Below are positions 25,630-40,250 of a stretch of DNA of 64,000 nt, piece by piece. Source of the DNA: Isurus oxyrinchus (lineage: Eukaryota). A program made the position numbers and the translations under genes. The DNA lies in the NCBI GenBank assembly GCA_026770705.1, contig JANJGN010000038.1, positions 5,518,001 through 5,582,000 of the forward strand, in the 5' to 3' direction. The notes beneath the pieces are model-generated. The model was not told the origin of the DNA and searched no databases. It saw only the letters and a list, made by a program, of their open reading frames with translations. Every line of letters starts with the position of its first letter. The stretch's first letter is position 1.

Positions 25630-28600
25630 ATTTAAACCGAGACAGAACATAGTGCAGTGATTACTGATTCAGGTTCTAGATTAATCTGTACGTCTATTAC
25701 AGAAACAGGGGTGAGATTGGTATTGACTAAAATAGAGTCTAGTGCAGTAATAACTTAACAGACCCTAAGTATTATAAGCGGAGTAGGGGCATTGTGCAGT
25801 AATTATAGATACAGTACCTCGATTACTATAAACTGAGACAGGACCTATTACAGTGAATGCTGATACAGGGCTTAGAATATAACAACCTGAGACAGCATCT
25901 ACTACAGTGATTACAGACACAGGGCCTAGATTTATATAAACTGAGACAGGGTTTGTTAGCGTAATTTCTGATACAGTGCCTCGGTTAATATAAGCTCAGA
26001 CAGGGCCTATTCCATTGATTACTAATACAGGGCCGAGATTAATTTAAGCTACGACTGGATCTATTACAGAGAGTACTGATGCAAGGTAAAGATTCATATA
26101 AACTGAGGCAGGGTCTATTACAGTGATTCCTGATACAGGGTCTATATTCATATAAATTGAGACAGGGTCAATCACAATGCTTATTGATACAGGCTCTAAA
26201 TTAATATTGGCTGTGGGCAGGGTTTATTACAGTAATTACCAATACAATGTCTGTATTAATATAAAAAGAGACGTGGTCTATCACAGTGATTACTGATACA
26301 AGGTCTGTATTAATATAAAGTCTACTACACTGATTATTGATACAAGGTATGGATTGATATCAGCTGAGGCTGTGCTTATCATGGTGACTACTCACACAAG
26401 TTTTGGATTAACATCTATTACAGTTGTCACTGATGCATTGTCTGCGTTAGTATAAGCCGAGACGGGGTCTGTCACAGTTATTAATGATCAATGGTCTAGA
26501 TTAATATGAACTTAGACAAGGTATATTACAGTGATTAGTGATACAAATTATGTATTAATACAAACTGAGAAAGGGTCTATTACAATGATTACTGATACAA
26601 GTATGGATTCATATCAACTAATACAGGGCCGATTACAGTGATTACTGAAACAAGGTCTGGATTAATATAAACAGAGACAAGATCTATTAAAGTGATTACT
26701 GATATATGGTATGGATTAGAATAACGTGACAGGGCCTGTTGCAATGATTTCTAATACCGGGTCTAGATTAATATAAACAGAGACAGGGTCTATTACCAAT
26801 ACAAGATATGGATTGATATAAACTAAATCAGGGTCATCTTCAGTGATTACTGATGCAAGGTATGGATTAATAGCAAATGAGACAGGGTCTGTAACAGGGA
26901 TTACTGTTACACTATATGGACTGATGTAAACTGAGACAGGGTCTTTTACAATGATTACTGAGACAATGTCTGCATTAATATAAACTGAGACAGGGACTAT
27001 TACAGTGATTTATGATACAAGTATGGATTAATTTCAACAGAGTCAGGGTCATTACAGTGAATAATGATACAGGGTCTAGATGAATATAAACTGACACAGG
27101 GTCTCTTACACTGATTACTGATGCAAGGTATGGATTAACAAAAATATCAGACAGAGTTTATTACAGCGATTATTGATGCATTGTTTGGATTAAAATAATT
27201 GGAGACAGAGATATTACAGTAACTATCAGTACAATGTCTTTATTAATATTTACTGGGACAGGGTCTATTACAGTGATTACTGAAGCAAGGCCTGGATTAA
27301 TATAAAATGAGACAGGGTCTATTACAGTGATTACTGATACAAGGCCTGGATTAATATAAAATGAGACAGGGTCTATTACAGTGATTACTGAAGCAAGGTA
27401 TGAATTAATCACAACTGAGTCAGGGTCCATTACAGTGATTAATGATACAGGGTTTGGCTGAATATAAACTGAGGCAGGGACTATTACAGCGATTAGCAAT
27501 GCAATGTATGGATTAATATCAACTGAGTCAGGGTCCATTACAGTGATTACTGATATGGCGTCTAGATCAATATAAACTGAGGAAGGGATTATTACAGTGA
27601 TTACCGGTGCAAGGTATGGATTAATATAAACTGAGTCATGGTATGTTACAGTGATTACTGATACAAGGAATGGATTCATAGCAACTGAGACAAGCTCGAT
27701 TACAGTGATGACTGATGCAATGTCTGGGTTAATATAAACTTGGACAGGGTATATTCGAGTGATTACTGATACATGGTATCGATTAAAATTAACTGAGACA
27801 GGGTCTGTTACATTTATCAATGATAATTGGTCCAAATGATTATAAACTGAGACAGGGTCTCTTCCAGTGATTACTGATGCAAGGTATGGATTAATAAAAA
27901 AATGAGACAGGGTTTATTACAGCGATTATTGATGCATTGCATGGATTAAAAGAAACTGAGACAGAGTATACTACAGTAATTACCAATACTTATTAATATT
28001 AACTGAGACAGGATCTATTACAGTGATTACTGATACAAGGCCTGGATTAATATAAAATGAGACAGAGTCTATTACTGTTATTACCGATGCAAGGTATGGA
28101 TTAATCATAAATGAGTCAGGGTCCAATACAGTGATTACTGATACAAGGTCCAGATGAATATAAACTGAGGCAGGGACTATAACAGCGATTAGCAATGCAA
28201 TGTATGGATTAACATAAACTAAGACAGGGTCTCTAACAGTGGTTACTGAAACAAGGTCTGTATTAATATAAACTAAGACAGAGTCTATTACTGTGATTAA
28301 TGATACAAGGTATGGATTAATATCAACTGAGTCAGGGTCCATTACAGTGATTACTGATATGGGGTCTAGATCAATATAAACTGAGGAAGGGATTATTACA
28401 GTGATTACCGGTGCATGGTATGGATTAATATAAACTGAGTCATGGCATGTTACAGTGATTACAGATACAAGGAATTGATACATGTCAACTGAGACAAGCT
28501 CGATTACAGTGATCACTGATGCAATGACTGGGTTAATATAAACTTGGACAGGGTATATTCGAGTGATTACTGATACATGGTACCGATTAAAATTAACTGA

Positions 28601-31600
28601 GACAGGGTCTGTTACATTTATCAAGATTAATATAAACTGAGAGAAGGCCTAATACAGTGATTACCGATGCAAGGCATGGATTAATATCAACTGAGATCGG
28701 GTCTATTACAGTGATTACTAATACAGGGTCTGGATTAATATAAACTGAAACAGGGTCTATTACAACGATTATTCAAACAGGGTCTAGATTAATATAAACT
28801 GAGTCAGCATCTATTAGACTAATTACTAATTCACAGTCGGTATCAATATGAACTGAGACAGGGTCTATTACAGTGATTACTGATACAGGGTCTAGATTAA
28901 TATAAATGGAGACAGTGTCAATCAGAATGATTATTGATATAGGATCTACATTAATATGGACTCAGGACAGCATCTATTTCAGTGAGTAATGATACAACTT
29001 ATTGATTAATATAAACTGAGACAGGTACTATTACAGTAATTACCAAAGCAATGTCCGTATTTATATGAACTAAGGCAGGGTCTATTACACTGATTACTGA
29101 TACAAGGCCTGCATTACTATAAATGGAGACATAGTCTATTGCATTGATTACTGATAAAAGTCTTGGATTAACATAAACTGGAACAGGTTCTATTACATTA
29201 ATTACCAATACAATGTCTCTATTAATATAATCTGAGACAGGGTCTATTACAGTGTTTACACTGATCCAAGATATGGATTCATATCAACTGAGATAGAGGC
29301 TATTACAGTGATTCCTGATACAGGGTCTGTATTAATATAAAATGAGACAAGGCCTACTACAGTGATTACTGTTATATGGTATGAATTGAAATAAACTGAG
29401 ACAGGGTCTCTTACAATGCTTACAGATACAGAGTCTGGATTAATTAAAACAGAGGCAGGCTCTATTACAGTGGTTGCCAAGAGAAGGCTTTGATGGATCT
29501 AAACTGAGTCAGGGCCTACTTCAGTGATTACTGATACAAGATATCAATTAATTTCAACTGAGACAGGGTCTGTTGCAATGATTAATGTTGCAATGCATGG
29601 ATTGATTTAAACCGGACAGGGTCTTTTACAGTGATTAGTGAGACAAGTTCAGTGTTAATATAAACTGAGACAGGATCTCTTTCAGTGGTTACTGATCCAA
29701 GGTATGGATTAAAATAAACTGGGACAGTATCTGTTACAGTTATTACTGATACATGGACTAGATTCAGGTAAATAGAGACCATGTCTCTTTCAGTGATTAA
29801 TAATACAAGGTCTGGATTGATATAAATTGAGACAGAGTCTATTCCCGTCATTATCGAGACTAGATCTGTGCTAATATAGATTTAGTCAGCATCTACTTCA
29901 GTGATTATTGATACAAGGTATTGATTAATATCACTGAGACAGGGTCTGTTACAGTGGTTATTGTTAAAATATTTGGACTGATATAAACTGAAATAAGGTC
30001 TTTTACTGTCATTAATGATACAAGGCCTGTATTAATATAAAATGAAACATGGTCCATTACAGTGATTACTGATACAAGGTATGGATTAAAATAAAGTGAG
30101 ACAAGGTCTGTTAGATTTATTATTGATACATGGTATGGATTATAAGAAACTGAGACAGGGTCTATTACAGTGATCACCAATACAAGACCTGGATTGAAAT
30201 AAACTGAGATAGGGTCTATTCCAGCCATTACCGAGACAAGGTCAGTATTGATATAAACTGAGTCGGCGTCTACTTCAGTGATCAATGATTCAAGGTATTA
30301 ATTAATAACAACACAGACAGGGTCTGTTCTAGCGATTACTATAACAATGTATGGATTGATATAAACTGAGTCAGGGTCTTTTACACTGATTACTGAGACA
30401 AGGTCTGTGCTAATGTAAAGTGAGACAGGGTTTGCTGATACAAGGTATGGATTAATTTGAACTGAGGCAGGGCCTATTACAGTGATCATTAATACAGGGT
30501 ATCAATTTACATAAACTGAGGCAGGGTTTATTACAGTGACTACTGATACAAGTTATTGTTTCATATCAACTAAGACAGGGTCTATTGCAGTGATTACTAA
30601 TGCAGGGTATGGGGAAAATATGTACTGAGACAGAGTCAATTACAATGATAACTGATACATGGTGTGAATTAAGATTAGCAGAGACATGATCTATTACAGT
30701 GATTACCAACCCAAGGCCTGTATTGATATAAACTGAGCCACAGTCTACTTCAGTGGTCACTGATACAATGCATTGATTAATATCAACAGAGACAGGGTCT
30801 GTTACACTGATTACTGTTACAATGTATGGATTGAAATAAACCTAAAGAGGGTGTTACACAGTGACTAATGATATAATGTCTGCATTAATATAAATGGAGA
30901 TAGGGTCTCTTTTAGTGGTGACTGATACAAGGCATGGATTAACATCAACTGAGGTAGGGTCTATTACAGTAATTACTAATACGGGGCCTAGATTAATATC
31001 AAATGAGGGAAGGCCTATTTCAATGATTACTGTTACAATGTATGGATTACTATAGACGTACAAAGGGTCTATTTCAGTGATTACTATACATGGCCTGTAT
31101 TAGTATATACTGAGGCAGGGTCTCTTTCAGTGGTTACTGATACAATGCATTGATTAATATCAACAGCGACAGGGTCTGTTACAGTGAATACTGTTACAAT
31201 GTATGGATTGAAATAAACTTAAAGAGGGTCTTATACAGTGACTAATGATATAATGTCTGCATTAATATAAATGGAGATAGGGTCTCTTTTAGTGGTGACT
31301 GATACAAGGTATGGATTAATATCAACTGAGGCAGGATCCATTACAGTAATTACTAATACGGGGCCTAGATTAATATAAAATGAGGGAAGGCCTATTTCAA
31401 TGATTACTGTTACAATGTATGGATTACTATAGACGTACAAAGGGTCTATTTCAGTGATTACTATACATGGCCTGTATTAGTATATACTGAGGCAGGGTCT
31501 CTTTCAGTGATTACTGATACAAGGCTTGGGTTGGTTAATATAATATGAGACAGAGTCTATTACAGTGTTTACTGATACAAGGTCTGGGCTGGTGTAAATT

Positions 31601-34600
31601 GAAACAGGGTGTATTACTGCGACTACTAATACAGGGTCTGAATTGATATAATATGATACTGGGTGTAGTACAGTAATTTCTGATGCAGGGCCTAGGTTAA
31701 TATACACTGAGACAGGGTCCATTACATTGAACATTGATACAAGGTCTGTGTTAATATAAGGAGAGGCAGAATCTCTTTCAGTGATTGTTGATACAATGTA
31801 TGGATTAATATCAAGTGAGCCAATGTCTCTTTTAGTGGTTACTGATGCAACACATGGATAATATCAACTGATGCAGGGTCTATTACAGTGGTTACTGATA
31901 CAGGGTCTAGATTAATATAAACTGAGACAGGTTCTGTTACAGTGTTAGTGATATAAGGTCTGGACTGGTGCAAACTGAGACAGCATGTTTTACAGCAACT
32001 ACTGACACAGGGTCTGTATTGATATAATCTGAAACTCAGTACAGGACAATGATCACTGATACAGTTCCGGATTAATATAAACTGAGACTGGGTCTAGTAC
32101 AATAATTACTGATATAGGTCCTGGATTGATATAAACTGAGGCAGTGACTAGTACAGTAATTGCTAATACATGGTATGGATTAAGATAAACTGAAAAAGGG
32201 TCAATTAATGTGGTTACCGACATAAAGCCTGCATTAATATAAACTGAGAATGGGTTAAATACATTAAGTAATGATACAGGGCCTAGATTAATATAAACTG
32301 AGACAGGCTTGATTACAGTGATTACTGATAAATGGTCTCAATTAATTTAAACTTATGCAGAGTCTATTACAAAGATTACTGATACAGGGTCCAGGTTAAT
32401 AAAAACTGAGACAAGGCCTATTGAGGTGATTACCAGTACAATATCTGCATTAATATAAACAGCGACAGTGTCTATTCAATTGAATACTGATACAAGGCAC
32501 GGATTAAAATAAATGGAGCCAGTGTGTATTACTGTGAATACTGATACAGGTTATGGGTTAATATAAACTGAGACAGGCTCCATTACAGCATTCACCAATA
32601 CAATATCAGTGAATATATAAACTGAGAAAGGGTATTTTACAGTGATTATTGATTCAAGGCATGGATTAATATAAACTGTGACTGGGTGTATTACAGTGAT
32701 TGCTGATACATGGTATTGATTAACATAAACTGAGACAGGGTCTATTCCAGTGATTAACAAGACAAGGTCTATATGTTAGAAACTGTGTCAGGGTTTTTAC
32801 AGGGATTACTGATACAAGTTATTGATTACTATCAACTGAGGCAGGGTCTCTTATGGTGATTACTAATACAAGGTTTGTATTAATAAAAACTGAGACAGGG
32901 TCTCTTTCAGTGCTTACTGATACAAGACATGGATTAATATAAACTGAGACACTGTGAATTACAGTGAATACAGAAACAGGTTATGGGTTATTATAAACGG
33001 AGACAGTGTGTATTACAGTGAATACTGAAACAGGTTATGGGTTATTATAAACTGAGACAGTGTGTATTACAGTGAATACTGAAACAGGTTATGGGTTATT
33101 ATAAACTGAGACAGTGCGTATTACAGTGAATACTGAAACAGGTTAGGGGTTAATATAAACTGAGACAGTCTGTATTACAGTGAATACTGAAACAGGTTAT
33201 GGGTTATTATAAACTGAGACAGTGTGTATTACAGTGAATACTGAAACAGGTTATGGGTTATTATAAACTGAGACAGTGCGTATTACAGTGAATACTGAAT
33301 CAGGTTATTGGTTATCATAAACTGAGACAATGTGTATTAGAGTGAATACTGAAACAGGTTATGGGTTATTATAAACTGAGACAGTGTGTATTACAGTGAA
33401 TACTGAAACAGGTTATGGGTTATTATAAACTGAGACAGTGAGTATTACAGTGAATACTGAATCAGGTTATGGGTTATTATAAACTGAGACAGTGTGTATT
33501 ACAGTGAATGCTGAAACAGGTTATGGGTTATTATAAACTGAGACAGTGTGTATTACAGTGAATACTGATACAGGTTATGGGTTATTATAAACTGAGACAG
33601 TGTGTATTACAGTGAATACTGAAACAGGTTATGGGTTATTATAAACTGAGACAGTGTGTATTACAGTGAATACTGAAACAGGTTATCAGTTATTATAAAC
33701 GGAGACAGTGTGTATTACAGTGAATACTGAAACAGGTTATGGGTTATTATAAACTGAGACAGTGTGTATTACAGTGAATACTGATACAGGTTATGGGTTA
33801 TTATAAACTGAGGCAGTGTGTATTACAGTGAATACTGAAACAGGTTATGAGTTAATATAAACTGAGACAGTGTGTATTACAGTGAATACTGAAACAGGTT
33901 ATGGGTTATTATAAACTGAGACAGTGTGTATTACAGTGAATACTGAAACAGGTTATGGGTTATTATAAACTGAGACAGTGTGTATTACAGTGAATACTGA
34001 AACAGGTTATGGGTTATCATAAACTGAGACAATGTGTATTAGAGTGAATACTGAAACAGGTTATGGGTTATTATAAACTGAGACAGTGTGTATTACAGTG
34101 AATACTGAAACAGGTTATGGGTTATTATAAACGGAGACAGTGAGTGTTACAGTGAATACTGAATCAGGTTATGGGTTATTATAAACTGAGACAGTGTGTA
34201 TTACAGTGAATACTGAAACAGGTTATGGGTTATTATAAACGGAGACAGTGTGTATTACAGTGAATACTGATACAGGTTATGAGTTATTATAAACTGAGAC
34301 AGTGTGTATTACAGTGAATACTGAAACAGGTTATGAGTTAATATAAACAGAGACAGTGTGTATTACAGTGAATACTGAAACAGGTTATGGGTTATTATAA
34401 ACTGAGACAGTGTGTATTACAGTGAATACTGAAACAGGTTATGGGTTGTTATAAACTGAGACAGTTTGTGTTACAGTGAATACTGAAACAGGTTATTATA
34501 AACTGAGACAGTGTGTATTACAATGAATACTGAAACAGGTTATGGGTTATTATAAACTGAGACAGTCTGTATTACAGTGAATACTGAAACAGGTTATGGG

Positions 34601-35200
34601 TTAATATAAACTGAGACAGTGTGTATTACAGTGAATACTGAAACAGGTTATGTGTTATTATAAACTGAGGCAGCCTCTATTACAGAAATTACTAATACAA
34701 TATTTGTATTTATATAAACCGAGAAAGGTTATTTTGCAGTGATTATTGATGCAAGGCATGGATTAATATAAACTGAGACTGGGTCTATTACAGAGATGAC
34801 TGATACATGCTATTGATTAACATAAACTGAGACAGGGTCTATTACAGTGATTACCAATACAAGGTTTATATTGATATAAAGTGTGTCATGGTTTTTACAG
34901 GGATTACTGATACAAGGTATTGATTACTATCAACTGAGACAGGGTCTCTTGCAGTGATTACTAATACAATGTTTGCATTATATAAACTAAGACAGGGTCT
35001 CTTTCAGTGGTTACTGATACAAGGTATGGATAATATCCACTTAGGCAGGGTTTATTACAGTGATTACTGATACAAAGTCTGTATTCATATAAACAGCGGC
35101 AGGGTCTAGTGTAGTGATTACTGGTAAACGGCCTAGATTAATATCAACTGCTACAGAACAGGATTACTGATACTGAGCCCAATTTAATAAAACTGAAGCG
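25630..35200 (+). repeat. Large tandem array of a 54-bp (2x27-bp) minisatellite, roughly 175 units, with a homogeneous core at about 32940-34670
   Basis: Consensus about ACTGAGACAGGGTCTATTACAGTGATT-ACTGATACAAGGTATGGATTAATATAA. The core unit ATAAACTGAGACAGTGTGTATTACAGTGAATACTGAAACAGGTTATGGGTTATT is repeated about 32 times. Confidence 0.98.
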
Positions 35201-35894
35201 GGGCATAAAGAGATAATCTCTGACACAGCACTGAGTGTAAGTCAACCAGGGATAAATCTGGTGTGGAAACAATTGATGCAGGGCTTTGTGGCATATTGAG
35301 AGGGACAGAGAGTAATGCAGTTATAATTAATGCATAACCTAGTGTAATATACAGAGAGATAGGGTTTAGTGTGACATCATTAGAAAGATCTTACTGTGCA
35401 ATATAATAAGTGTATTAATTTCGAATTAACATAAGCCCCAGCATCACTGATCCATTTGCCAGTGGAACAGCTTCTCCCTAAATATTGAAAAACATTCCTC
35501 ACACGTTGGACCATTTCTGATAAACCTATCCTAAGATTCTCGTTGATGAGGAGAGCAATCCCAGTTTTTTGTTGTGCAGAGAGTGAAGGGCAGTGCAAAC
35601 TTAAGTTCCAGGAAATCTTCTGTCTTGTTACTTCGAAATTAGCATTTAACAATCGTTGACACTGTTATATGGGGCCAATGGAAATAAAGTGCACTGTTAC
35701 AACAGAGTCAGGCTAAGACACCGGGCTACAAGGCAACGGATCCCTGACAACTAAATTGATGTGTGTAAGACTGGAGCCTGCTCCTGAACTTTATATACAT
35801 AGAACCAAATGCTATAATTTCAAAATAGCAACTGCAACATGTCCAGTGCCTTGCATTAGTGGCTCTCATACATGGACAGTAACCACTACTGAAC

Positions 35895-35995
35895 TGAAAA
35901 CAGAAAGTGCTGGAAAGACTCAGCAGGTCTGGCAGGGTCTGAGGAGAGAGCAACAGAGTTAACGTTTCGATTCCATGTGAGTTTATTCAGAGCCT
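35895..35995 (-). mobile_element. Penelope-like terminal-repeat fragment
   Basis: CTCAGCAGGTCTGGCAG...AGAGTTAACGTTTCGA, homologous to 19987-20036. Confidence 0.65.
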
Positions 35996-36074
35996 CAACT
36001 GCAGGTTTGAAGCATGGTCAGGTGGGTGATCATTCAGATGTGGCGATGGTAATGTCATCTCAGTCTTAGGGAAT

Positions 36075-36545
36075 AACAGCATCGAGGTACATTAACTGGG
36101 CTGGTAATACAGAGAAGATCAGAAATGCTCCAGAGACATGATTTAAACGCCACGACGGCAGCTGGCGGGATTTCCATTCATTTAATTCACTAAAACCGAA
36201 ACTGGAATAAAATTACTCATTGCATTAATAATCGAACAACCTCATTGTCATGAAGTTGCAACTGGTTCACTAATGTCATTCGGGGAGGAAATCTTACCCT
36301 TACCAGCCTGGCCTACGTGAGGCTGGAGCCCCACAACAACGTGGTTGACTCTTAACGGCCCTTGGAATGGTCCAGAAGGCCATTTAGTTGGGTCAAAGCA
36401 CTTCTTGGAAAGTCAAATAAGAGGCGCACGGCACAAACTGCAGCTGTTGAAGGTGTCGGCTCCCCGCCACCTTCTCAAGGGTACTTATTGCAGGACAGTT
36501 AAGGCTGGCCTTGTTTTCGACGTTCACAACAAAAGAACAAATAAA
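36075..36545 (+). mobile_element. HE1-like SINE
   Basis: CTGGTTCACTAATGTC...GGAGGAAATC...GTGGTTGACTCTTAAC...CCTTCTCAAGGG. Confidence 0.75.
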
Positions 36546-36659
36546 AACAACGGTCAAAGCTTTGTAAACCATTACGGATGCTCTCAATGTAAAGTAAGGC
36601 CAGAAAATCTGGAAACACTCAGCATCATTCTCCGCTGACACTATTTTACAGCGCAGGGG

Positions 36660-36885
36660 TATCCTAGACCAATACCTAATGCGCAACTAACATCACTAAT
36701 AAACAGGTGATCTGCGCTTTTATTACATCTCTGTTGGTGGGAGCTTCCTGTGCACAAATTGCCTCCTGTAGTTCTAACGTGACACAAGAGATTGTAATTC
36801 GAAATAAGGTACATCAATGAGGTTAATGAGATATGTGATTTTGGACCTCCTGAGATGGTGAAATGTGCTGTATAAACACCGAGTT
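36660..36885 (+). mobile_element. DeuSINE (SacSINE1-like) 3' fragment
   Basis: GGGAGCTTCCTGTGCACAAATTG...TCCTGAGATGGTGAAATGTGCTGTATAAA resembles the Deu-domain/3' tail as recalled. Confidence 0.55.
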
Positions 36886-37739
36886 TTTACTCAAAGTGAA
36901 CATGTCAAAACATACGTGGTGCTGTGTTAGAAAGTCTGAGAAGAATGTGATTAACGGTCATTTCTCTGTTCATTATTTAAACATGTTTATGTGAAAGGGG
37001 TTCATCCTTTCACCAATCGATATTCAGCGGAATAACAGGCTGCTCAGAAATGCTTAATTGATTTAAGCAGCAGAATTTCCAGAAACATTTTTTCTTAAAT
37101 TTAATGGCTTCTTTTGTTTAAAATAAATAACATCTGTACCAATTGGTTTTCTGAAAATTGTGTTCAATTCTTATACCATCTGTGAATATTCTTAAAATAA
37201 ACTTGTTTTGCGCTGAACATAATCAATAAGTGACTGTTGATCTGATTCTGCTGCCATGAACACCACTTTGAAACTAGTGAGGCGGTTATGTAAATAAACA
37301 CAGAAATAGACGCCTCAGAATAGAATATTGAGCGTCGGAAATACAATAGATGTTTCCCCACCAGCAGAGCATGGAAATAACAACAGAGAGAAATGCAAAT
37401 CACACAAAGGATTCCAGTAATGATTGATAGTTGGAAGATTTCTATAAGTTATGGGATAACAATATAAAGATGTTTTTGTGTTCAAAACTGGCGAAGCGTC
37501 CTTTGATCCTATATACAGCAGCATTGAAAATGTGTTTGCGGAGTTTCCTGCATTCTATCCCGCTCTGTCTCCCTTTCTCCCCTATGCCGGGCGTGTCTGG
37601 CCTCTCATTAGTGTGTCAGCGTCTGTAACTCATAACGTGAAGTCAGTATCTTATCAAAGATTAATCTCACCCCTATTCATTGACTTTTAACGAAATAGAT
37701 GGCTGTTCACAGAAGGAACTTAACTCTAAAATGTGTCTG

Positions 37740-38070
37740 GTTCACTTAACAACATGGGAGTATTTAATGGGACAGTCTAAAGGGAGCACTCCTCTGCAAA
37801 TTAACATTCCTATGTCTTCCAGTGAATGGTTTATGGGAAATTGTAGAGGGATTTTTTTTCTGCATCTGATACTGCTGCACCATTCTTGGGAGCATTCGAT
37901 CGAATCATGTAGAGGGACCTTTGTCTATCCAGCGCTATACATGTCCTGAGAATGTTTGGTGGGATAGTTTAGAGAGACTTTTACTCTGCCTCACCCAGGA
38001 ATTTACCAATGTAGAGGTAGCTTTACTCTGCGTCTCCCGTGTCTATCCTTAGGAGTGTGTAATAGTGTTT
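37740..38070. repeat. Degenerate minisatellite
   Basis: Recurrent GGGACAGTGTAGAGGGAGCTTTACTCTG-like unit; a related copy lies at about 57060-57320. Confidence 0.65.
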
Positions 38071-38589
38071 CGGACTCAGTGCATGAAATGGTGTTCTAGA
38101 CCGAATCCCTCATCACATGTCAAAATATATTTGGATGTTCACTTGAAGTACTGTAGCCCCAAGGGCCCTGGCACAAAAGCTAGGAAGTGGGATTAGACTT
38201 GATAGATCATTTCAGGCCATTATGGTTAGGGTGTGCACAATGGCCTGTTTCTGTGCTGCAGAAATCTATGATTTTCAGATCCTATGAAGTGCGTTGAGGT
38301 CTCAGAAAGTGTACAGAGGAAGGTAATGAGTTTGTTAACAAGGATCAGGGTCTTTAGTAACAACAATCAATTGGACAAATTGGCAGCATTCTGCTTGTGA
38401 TAAAGAAGATTAAGCAGAAACCTAAACGCTTTTTTCAAGATGATGAGAGGTTTGAAAGAGAATTAGCAGAGAACATCAGTTCCTTCTGTTCATTGTGTCA
38501 ATATCCAGTGATCATAGCTGCAGAACAAATGTATATATTGGCAGATTTGTAAAAGGGCGATGAAGAGAAATATTTCGCCAGCAATTGGT

Positions 38590-39085
38590 TCCCTTTATAT
38601 TACACCAGATCCTGCCTCAATTATTACTCTTTGAGTTCAAGTCACAGTTCTGGTTTTGCTGAAACCTGTGAAATTTATGGATGCATAATCTGGTATTTGT
38701 ATTTTTATTACACTAGGCTCTGACACAATTAACTCTGTGCTAATCAAGCCTCTGTTTCAGGCTGGCCCCCAAATCTGTTATTACTACATTAGAGCATTTC
38801 GCTATATATATTATATAATGCTCTGTTTCAGTTATTAGTGAACCATACACCATGTCTCTATATGTCGCACTCGACCACGTCTCAGTTATTACTATACTAG
38901 AACATGTATGTGTTAATATAACCCTGGATCCTGTCTCTGTTGTTACTGCACTGGAACTTGTCTCCATTTATGTTTTACATAATTGTTTCTGTTAAAATTG
39001 CACTGGAAAATATATCTCTTTATATTTTACAGTGGGCCCTTTCTCAGTTATTACTGCCCTATACCATGTTTCTGTTAAGCTAACA
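38590..39085 (-). repeat. Degenerate 27-bp-family minisatellite, reverse orientation
   Basis: TCTCAGTTATTACT..ACTAG units. Confidence 0.65.
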
Positions 39086-39094
39086 CTTTACCCA

Positions 39095-39700
39095 CGCCAG
39101 TAAACATCTGGCTAGACATTTTCAGAGTCGGAGGATAGTTAAGAGTGAACCACGTGCTGTGGGCCTGGAGTCACATTTAGGCTAGACTGGGGAAGGATGC
39201 ATATTTACTTCACCGAATGTTCATTAGTGAACCAGATGCATTTATAGCAATGAAAATTGTAACGATCCAGTTCCATTTCCGTGTTTTTATTCATTCATGG
39301 GATTTGTGCGTTTCCAGCTGAACCAACATTCAATAGCCAAACACAATTGCCCTTGAGAAGGTGTTAGTGAGCAAACCGCTTGTACTGCTGCAGTCCACGT
39401 GCTGTAGGGACACCCACAGTGCTTCTAGGAAGGCAGTTGTATGATTTGGACCCAAGGATAGTGAAGAAACAGGGACTTTCCATTGTTGTTCCTGTGCTTC
39501 TGCTGCCCTTGTTGCCCGGAGAATTGGGGAATATTCCACCACACTCCTGACATGTGCCTTGTAGTTTGTGGACAGGTATTTGCAGAATTCCCAGCTTCCG
39601 AACGGCTCTTGTCTCAATCGCATTTAAATTTCGCCAGCTGCTGTGGTGGGATTTGAATCCATGTCCCCAGAAGATGAGTCTGGACCTCTGGGCTAGTGAT
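39095..39700 (-). mobile_element. HE1/HER1 fragments
   Basis: Minus ORF contains YKAHVRSVVEYSP; CAATTGCCCTTGAGAAGGTG tail motif. Confidence 0.75.
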
Positions 39701-40250
39701 GAGCACTTGGGACGCTATAACATTCAAGGCTATGGGCCAAGTGCTGGTAAATAGGATTAGGTAGGTAGGTAGGTGTTTCTCACTTGCTGGTGCAGACTCG
39801 ATGGGCCGAAGGGCCTCTTCTGCACTGTGATTCTGTGAATCTGTGGCAGAGCTACAGCCAGGTCGTGCCTGAGTTAGGGTCTAGTGTAATGTAACCAGAG
39901 ATAGGGCCTGGTATAATTTAAATGGTAAGTTGCTCCAGTGCAGTAATAACTGAAACAGAGCCTGGTTAAAATAAACTTAAACATGGTCCAGTACATTAAA
40001 AATAGGGACAAGTTCTATGAAATATAAACATAAACAATATAGCGCATCAATAACTAAGAAACCGCCTTATGTAACACAAACAGATATTATATGAGGTCAA
40101 ATTTCAACAAAGCTTTTTGGAATTTAAACTTAGTTAATTTTATACATCTGAACTATTAAAAATGCCCTCAATATCAGTAATGGGAAACGTGCATCTCCCA
40201 GACTCATCAAAACACAGCTGACATATAAAGGTACGTTTCAGAAATACATT

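Noticed and set aside
27170-32760. Minus-strand V/I/D/P-rich ORFs of up to 221 aa with 18-residue periodicity
   Set aside because: They are translations of the 54-bp minisatellite, with frequent stops and frameshifts between them and no gene structure.
32940-34670. CRISPR-like regular repeats
   Set aside because: Head-to-tail tandem units with no unique spacers, in eukaryotic DNA with no cas genes.
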